Shown one piece after another: positions 58,291 to 64,000 of a stretch of DNA of 64,000 nt. A program made the translations under genes and the position numbers. Below the pieces are notes generated by a model, which saw only the letters and a list, made by a program, of their open reading frames with translations, was not told the DNA's origin and did no database searches. The number at the start of each line of letters is the position of its first letter. The stretch's first letter is position 1. The DNA lies in NCBI GenBank assembly GCA_045561235.1, contig JBJKYB010000002.1:594962-658961 (forward strand). The letters run 5' to 3'. Origin of the DNA: Gammaproteobacteria bacterium. GTDB lineage: Bacteria; Pseudomonadota; Gammaproteobacteria; Poriferisulfidales; GCA-002705445.

Positions 58291-59652
58291 TTATATTTTT
58301 CTTTTTGAAGAGGATTCTATATTAAGGGATTCTCTGTATTTAGAAACTGTTCGTCTTGCTAAATCAATGCCTTCACTTTTTAAAATATCTTTAATTTTAT
58401 TATCACTGAAAGGACTCTTTTTATTTTCAGAACTTACAATTTTTTTTATTTTCTCTTTGATAGATTTTGATGAGAAGTTTTTTCCATCTTTATTTTTAAT
58501 CGAGCTTGAAAAAAAGAATTTTAATTCAAATATCCCATAAGGTGTTTCTACATACTTTCCATTAGTTAACCGAGACACTGTTGATTCATGAACTCCTAAA
58601 TCGGCAGCTATTTCTTTTAAATTCATTGGAATTAAATTTTCAATACCGTGATCAAAAAATTTTCTTTGTTTTTCAAAAATACGTTTAGACAATGATAATA
58701 GGGTATCATTTCGATAACCAATATTTTTTATAAATAATTTTGCTTCTTGCAATTTTTCTTTTACATACTTTTTGTCAGCATCTGACAAGTTTTTCTCATC
58801 GATATCAGTATAATTTTTATTGATTTTTATGTCTGGAGACACAACCTTATTATTTTTTATAATCCAATCTGAATCATCTTTAGTTATTTGTATATCTGGT
58901 ATTATATAATCATGATTTTTTGTATTATTTAATATATTACCTGGTCTTGGATTTTGCTTTTTAATAATCTTATCGATTGCAACAAAATTTTCTTCAGATA
59001 TACCCAAACCATTTCGAATAATTTTGATCTTATTCTCTGAATATTCTTGAAAGAACTCATTTAATAATATACATGCTTTATCTTTTAAAAAAGAGTCTTC
59101 ATTTTTATTTTGAACTTGAACTAATAAACATTCTTGGATATCTTTTGAGCAAGTACCGATAGGGTCTAGACTTTGAATAAAATGTTGAACTGCAATTACT
59201 TCGTCAATAGTTGTTTCAGTATTTAAGTATAAATCGTCAAAAATATCTAAAATGTCTTTAATTAAATACCCATCATTATTTAAATAATCTGTTATTGATT
59301 CTGCTATCGATTTGTCATTGTCGCTTAAATTTGACAGGTGAATTTGCCAAAGTAAATGTTTTTGCAGAGTATCTTCTTCATATGAAGTTCTTTCAATCAC
59401 TTCAGTTGGAGAAATTGTGCTTGTATTTATATGAGAAAAATCTTTATCGTAATGCAAATAATGTTCCGTACAATTATCTTCTTGAAAATCTTCGCATGCA
59501 TCTTCTTTTTCTATTAGTGGATTTGACTCAAATATATTTTGTATTTCTTGATTGATTTCAACAGCTGTATATTGCAGAAGCTTAATAGCATTCTGCAACT
59601 GGGGTGTAATAGAAACTTTTGCTGTATTTTTTATAGAAAGATTTAATTTCAT
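58291..59652 (-). CDS. rpoN: RNA polymerase sigma-54 factor.
   Basis: 453 aa. N-terminal region I (L.L.I.....AIKLLQY), HTH and the RpoN box ARRTVSKYRE near the C-terminus. Follows lptB as in E. coli. Confidence 0.92.
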   Translation of the reverse strand: MKLNLSIKNTAKVSITPQLQNAIKLLQYTAVEINQEIQNIFESNPLIEKEDACEDFQEDNCTEHYLHYDKDFSHINTSTISPTEVIERTSYEEDTLQKHLLWQIHLSNLSDNDKSIAESITDYLNNDGYLIKDILDIFDDLYLNTETTIDEVIAVQHFIQSLDPIGTCSKDIQECLLVQVQNKNEDSFLKDKACILLNEFFQEYSENKIKIIRNGLGISEENFVAIDKIIKKQNPRPGNILNNTKNHDYIIPDIQITKDDSDWIIKNNKVVSPDIKINKNYTDIDEKNLSDADKKYVKEKLQEAKLFIKNIGYRNDTLLSLSKRIFEKQRKFFDHGIENLIPMNLKEIAADLGVHESTVSRLTNGKYVETPYGIFELKFFFSSSIKNKDGKNFSSKSIKEKIKKIVSSENKKSPFSDNKIKDILKSEGIDLARRTVSKYRESLNIESSSKRKI

Positions 59653-59668
59653 AAGTTTTTAATTTTTT

Positions 59669-60412
59669 TTACATTTTGAAATTTTCGCCTAAATATACTT
59701 TTTGTACTTGTTCATTATCGAGAATTTTTTTAGATTCTCCTTCGGCTATTATTTTACTATTATTTAAAATATAAGATCTATCACATACATCTAGTGTCTC
59801 TCTGACATTATGATCAGTAATTAAAATGCCTATTTTATTATTTTTTAATTTTTTTATAATTTCTTTAATATCAATAACGGATATAGGATCTATTCCTGCA
59901 AATGGTTCATCTAGTAATATAAATTTCGGATCTGACGCTAGGGCTCTTGCAATTTCTGCTCTTCTTCTCTCACCACCTGATAGACTAATACCTAATGTAT
60001 TTCTAATATGTTCAATATTAAATGTTTTTAACAAATTTGATAATTTTTCTTTTTTTTCTTTATCATTGATATCTTCTCTTTGTTCCAAAATCGAAAAAAT
60101 ATTGTCATTAACACTCAATCCCCTAAAAATTGAAGGTTCTTGGGCAAGATAACCGATACCTAAATTAGCTCTTTCATCAATACTTAGATCTGTAATATTT
60201 TTCTTATTAATATATATTTTTCCAGATTCGGGAGATATTAATCCAGTAATCATATAAAAACAGGTTGTTTTCCCTGCCCCATTTGGCCCGAGTAAACCAA
60301 TTACCTCTCCGGTATTTACTTCTATACTAACATTTGAAACTATTTTTTTAGAATCATATGCTTTTGAAATTTTTATTACATCTAGTTTATTCATTGTCCT
60401 TTTTAGGTTCAA
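59669..60412 (-). CDS. lptB: LPS export ABC transporter ATP-binding protein LptB.
   Basis: 247 aa. Walker [10 protein letters not shown], signature LSGGERRR(A)EIARAL, Walker [10 protein letters not shown](I/V)DP. Context lptC-lptA-lptB-rpoN. Confidence 0.9.
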   Translation of the reverse strand: MNLKRTMNKLDVIKISKAYDSKKIVSNVSIEVNTGEVIGLLGPNGAGKTTCFYMITGLISPESGKIYINKKNITDLSIDERANLGIGYLAQEPSIFRGLSVNDNIFSILEQREDINDKEKKEKLSNLLKTFNIEHIRNTLGISLSGGERRRAEIARALASDPKFILLDEPFAGIDPISVIDIKEIIKKLKNNKIGILITDHNVRETLDVCDRSYILNNSKIIAEGESKKILDNEQVQKVYLGENFKM

Positions 60413-60914
60413 GAGTCATTTTTACTCTTGATTTGCCTTTTTTGTCCCCGGCTGAAATATTCTCAGTGTCTGTTTTATAAATTATCTTATCACTTCTAAC
60501 AATATTATTTGACTGCGTAAGAACTGCTTTTTTTATAAAGATCACTTTAGCTTGATCAACAAAATGCTCAATTTTTTTTGCTTCTCCATTAATAATTTTT
60601 CCACTTTTTGTTTTTTGTTTATAAGTCGCTTTATTTCCAGTGATTTCCATCTTATTAATTTGATCATTTTTTGAAGTTACGATTAGTAAGTCGCCAGTTA
60701 GCAGCATGCTTCCTTGAGTAACTACAACATTACCGCGATATGTGCTTTTCTGTGATTCCTCGTCCCATTTAGCAGAATCAGACTCTAAAAAAATTGGTTT
60801 ATCTGAGTCCGATTCATATGCAAGTGAATAAGAACAACTTATTATTATCCAATAAAAAAAAATGAAAGCATAAGATAAAAATTTATTTAACATATTTTCC
60901 TCTAGTTTGTTCAA
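60387..60914 (-). CDS. lptA: LPS transport periplasmic protein LptA.
   Basis: 175 aa with a signal peptide. OstA-like beta-jellyroll (...[12 protein letters not shown]...[12 protein letters not shown](T)GD.L(I)V(T)) resembles E. coli LptA (...DQPIHIESDQ...GNVIVTQGTIKI.ADKVVVT). Confidence 0.75.
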   Translation of the reverse strand: MNKLEENMLNKFLSYAFIFFYWIIISCSYSLAYESDSDKPIFLESDSAKWDEESQKSTYRGNVVVTQGSMLLTGDLLIVTSKNDQINKMEITGNKATYKQKTKSGKIINGEAKKIEHFVDQAKVIFIKKAVLTQSNNIVRSDKIIYKTDTENISAGDKKGKSRVKMTLEPKKDNE

Positions 60915-61449
60915 AAATTATAAATTCACCTTTCATTAAACTACTTTTCATTCCTGTGCCATTTAGGAAAGAATTATTTTTATTAATAAAAACTTCAGAA
61001 TCAGTCACAGCTAGTTGCTGATCAAGGTATATATATATTTCATCTGTTTTTAATTTAAGTAAAGAATCATTTTCTGCTTCTTTAAAATACATATTAACAT
61101 TCCCATAAAGCTTTATATTGTGTCTTTTATATGCAATGGAACCAAAATTTGAAACTATTTTTGTTGGAGGCTTATTTTTTCTAAAAAGCAAAATTTTTGG
61201 TTTAGAAGTTTCAATCATCTCGTTCTCAAAAAATTGCTTCATATTTGGACTTGAAACTGTATATAGAGGTACGCCCTGATAATCCATTGCAATATATTTT
61301 ACCTGACTAAAAGTATTATCAGGTCTTGTTTTAATATTATTCGAATTAATATCTAAAATATCTTCAGCTTTATTATTAATAATTAAAACTAAAAAGCAGC
61401 CAAAAATAATTATTACTAAAGTGAAAAAGTTTTTTTTTATATAGCTCAC
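60883..61449 (-). CDS. lptC: LPS export anchor protein LptC.
   Basis: 188 aa. N-terminal TM anchor plus periplasmic beta-jellyroll. Position between kdsD and lptA. Assignment is mainly positional. Confidence 0.65.
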   Translation of the reverse strand: MSYIKKNFFTLVIIIFGCFLVLIINNKAEDILDINSNNIKTRPDNTFSQVKYIAMDYQGVPLYTVSSPNMKQFFENEMIETSKPKILLFRKNKPPTKIVSNFGSIAYKRHNIKLYGNVNMYFKEAENDSLLKLKTDEIYIYLDQQLAVTDSEVFINKNNSFLNGTGMKSSLMKGEFIIFEQTRGKYVK

Positions 61450-61452
61450 AAC

Positions 61453-62433
61453 TTAACTTATTCCTGAGTCCATCAAAATATGCATATTTATAGCACCTAT
61501 AGCTTTTTTTTGATTATCTAAAACAGGCAAAGAATTAATTTTTTTTTCTTTCATAATATTTAATATATCTAATGCATAATCATTTCCCGCGCAAGAAATA
61601 AATTTTTTTGTCATTATTTCTTCAATCGAAGTATGATGGATGTCGAGCAATTTATTAATAGATCTTCTTAAATCTCCGTCGGTAAAAAATCCAATTGCTT
61701 TTTTCTTTTCATCATTGATTATCACACAGCCTAAATTTTTTTTTGTCATTTCTATTAGAGCGTCTTTAAGTTTCTTTTTTTTTAGGATAATTGGAATATC
61801 CTTACCTTTTCTCATAATATCTTTTACTTTTAAATTTAGATTTTTTCCAAGACGTCCTCCAGGATGGTTTTTTCCAAAATCATCAGATTTAAAGTTTCTC
61901 ATTTTCATTAATATAACCGCAATAACATCACCAGCTACTAAAGCTGAAGTTGTGCTGGAAGTTGGAGCAAGATTTAGAGGACATGCTTCTTTATTAACTG
62001 AAATATTTATCGATATATCAGAATCTTCATAAATTTTAGAATTTTTATTTCCACAGAGACTTAGAATTTTACAACCAATTTTTTTTAGATTAGGCAATAA
62101 GGGAATAATTTCTGCAGTACATCCAGAATTAGATATTATTAGAACAGTATCTTTTTTTGATACAGAACCAATATCTCCATGCATAGCCTCACTAGGATGA
62201 ATGAAAAAGGAAGGTGTCCCTGTGCTAGATAAAGTAGCTGATAGCTTATTTGCTATATGGCCAGATTTCCCAACTCCTAAGATTATTAATTTACCTTTGC
62301 AATCGTGTATTTCTTTACATAAAAGATACAATTCTTTTCCTAAATTTTTTTTAAGAAAATTTATAGCAGAAACTTCTGAAGCTATCACTTTTTTTGCGAT
62401 AGTTAGAGCATCAATTTGATTAAAATTAGCCAT
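61453..62433 (-). CDS. kdsD: Arabinose-5-phosphate isomerase (SIS domain plus tandem CBS).
   Basis: 326 aa. SIS motifs G(V)GKSGHI..K...T..STGTPS.F(I/L)HP.EA.HGD.G, and two CBS domains at the C-terminus. Confidence 0.9.
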   Translation of the reverse strand: MANFNQIDALTIAKKVIASEVSAINFLKKNLGKELYLLCKEIHDCKGKLIILGVGKSGHIANKLSATLSSTGTPSFFIHPSEAMHGDIGSVSKKDTVLIISNSGCTAEIIPLLPNLKKIGCKILSLCGNKNSKIYEDSDISINISVNKEACPLNLAPTSSTTSALVAGDVIAVILMKMRNFKSDDFGKNHPGGRLGKNLNLKVKDIMRKGKDIPIILKKKKLKDALIEMTKKNLGCVIINDEKKKAIGFFTDGDLRRSINKLLDIHHTSIEEIMTKKFISCAGNDYALDILNIMKEKKINSLPVLDNQKKAIGAINMHILMDSGIS

Positions 62434-62567
62434 ATTTTTTAAAATTAAATTTTATTAAATTATATAAGATAATAATATTTATATCTCTTAAATTCCATAA
62501 GAATGCTGATATAAAAACGATATAATGATAATATTACTGAATTATATAGCAATTCAGCATTTAATTT

Positions 62568-64000
62568 ATGAAAATCATTACTAAAATCACGAGCTTTTAT
62601 GATGAGGCAATTATAGAGAGACCATTCTTTTCTCTTTTTTTTATATTATCTTTAATATTCTTTTTTTCTCTTAGTATTCCAAATTTTAAAATGGATGCTT
62701 CCGCCGACTCTTTAGTTTTAGAGAATGATCAAGCATTAAAATATTATAGAGCGACAAGTGCTAGATATGGTACAGAAGATTTTGTTGTGATTACATTTAA
62801 ACCTTTCAAGGGTATTTATAACACTGATTCTCTTTTTATTTTAGACAACCTTTCAAAAGAAATAAAATCTAATATTGATAATGTAAGTGAGGTTTTAACA
62901 ATATTGGATGTTCCTTTGCTAAACAGTCCACAAATTGGATTTTCAGACCTGGGAAATGAACAAAGAACATTGAGAAGTGAAGGTGTAGATTTAGATCTTG
63001 TTAAACAAGAATTTTTAACAAGCCCGCTATATAAAAATTTACTCATGAGTAATGATTCTAGTACAACAGTCCTTGTTGTATATTTCTCAAAAGATCCCAA
63101 GTACTTTGATCTTTTAAATAAAAGAAATAATCTTAGAGAAATTAGATTACAAAGAGAATTAAGTTTAAATGAAAAAAATTTATTGAAAACTGCAGAATTG
63201 GACTTTAAAAACTATAGTTCAAAGTATGCGTTAAAAGAAAAAGAAAATATTAAAAAAATTAGGGAAGTAACTGCCAAATATAAAAAAGATGCCTCTATGT
63301 TTTTAGGAGGAGTTCCAATGATTACTTCCGATATGACAGACTTTATTGCTCAAGATATAAAAAAGTTTGGCGCAGGAGTTTTTTTATTTTTAGTATTGAT
63401 TCTATTCTTAATTTTTAAGAGTATTAGGTGGATAATTATTCCTTTATTTGGATGTATCGCCTCGGTAGTTTTTGTTAGTGGACTCTCTGGTTTCATTGAT
63501 TGGAGAATCACAGTTATATCTTCAAATTTTGCAGCAATATTGTTAATTATTACAATGTCAATGACAATTCATCTAGCTGTTAGATATCGTGAGCTTAAAT
63601 CAAAAAATAAAGAAAATGATAATAAAAGTATTGTTAAAGAGACTATACATTATATGTTTATTCCATGTGTATATACATCATTAACAACAATAGTTGCTTT
63701 TGCTTCTTTAGTAGTGAGCGGTATTAGACCAGTAATTGATTTTGGTCACATGATGACTCTTGGAATTACCTCAGCTTTTATCATAACTTTTATTGTGTTC
63801 CCAACAATTTTAATAATATTACCAAATGAAGATGTGAAAGAAAAAAATGACTTAACAAGAAACATTACAAATAGTTTTGCATCTTTTTCAATAAAAAATT
63901 ATATAAAAATAATTGTAGTTGCTTTATTAGTTTTCATAGTTAGTGCTTTTGGCATTTCAAAAATCAAAGTAGAAAATAGATTTATTGATTATTTCCACTC
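62568..64000 (+). CDS. RND-superfamily exporter of the MMPL/COG1033 type. Partial, continues past the window end.
   Basis: ATG at 62568. N-terminal TM helix, then a large periplasmic loop (IPNFKMDASADSLVLENDQALKYY..., (S)(T)TVLVVYF), then the membrane domain (GGVPMITSDMTDFIAQDIKKFGAGV(F)LFL..., SSNFAAILLIITMSMTIHL). No stop before position 64000. The antisense track ORF 62816..63100 is spurious. Confidence 0.7.
   Translation, partial: MKIITKITSFYDEAIIERPFFSLFFILSLIFFFSLSIPNFKMDASADSLVLENDQALKYYRATSARYGTEDFVVITFKPFKGIYNTDSLFILDNLSKEIKSNIDNVSEVLTILDVPLLNSPQIGFSDLGNEQRTLRSEGVDLDLVKQEFLTSPLYKNLLMSNDSSTTVLVVYFSKDPKYFDLLNKRNNLREIRLQRELSLNEKNLLKTAELDFKNYSSKYALKEKENIKKIREVTAKYKKDASMFLGGVPMITSDMTDFIAQDIKKFGAGVFLFLVLILFLIFKSIRWIIIPLFGCIASVVFVSGLSGFIDWRITVISSNFAAILLIITMSMTIHLAVRYRELKSKNKENDNKSIVKETIHYMFIPCVYTSLTTIVAFASLVVSGIRPVIDFGHMMTLGITSAFIITFIVFPTILIILPNEDVKEKNDLTRNITNSFASFSIKNYIKIIVVALLVFIVSAFGISKIKVENRFIDYFH

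Overview
AT-rich window (about 30% GC judged by eye) from a Gram-negative, almost certainly gammaproteobacterial, genome. Gene order matches E. coli in several blocks: lptD-surA-pdxA-ksgA-apaG-apaH next to folA; mrdA-rodA-(mltB)-rlpA-dacA; zapA-ssrS ... pepP-ubiH-ubiI; apbC/metG-dcd; kdsD-lptC-lptA-lptB-rpoN. Nearly the whole window is tightly packed housekeeping genes with many 1-4 nt start/stop overlaps, which fits a streamlined free-living marine-type genome. I found no mobile elements, CRISPR arrays, rRNA or tRNA. Five loci stand out. (1) A lysine-rich histone-H1-like gene sits behind a ~400 bp array of helically phased T/A tracts, next to a 6S RNA candidate. (2) A higher-GC minus-strand module encodes the serine-cycle enzymes (sga, mcl, mtkAB, hprA) plus folD, 5-formyl-THF cyclo-ligase, and an orphan Ftr/FhcD-like formyltransferase with no other H4MPT/methanofuran genes in view. 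(3) An overlapping four-gene operon encodes yyaL, a plsC-like acyltransferase, and an ABC permease and ATPase with no binding protein. (4) An AmgK-MurU cell-wall recycling pair has an unannotated 41-aa lipoprotein ORF coupled by TAATG to amgK. (5) An AlsS-like TPP enzyme and an aldehyde dehydrogenase form an operon. Family assignments rest on motif and length recognition from memory, not database searches.
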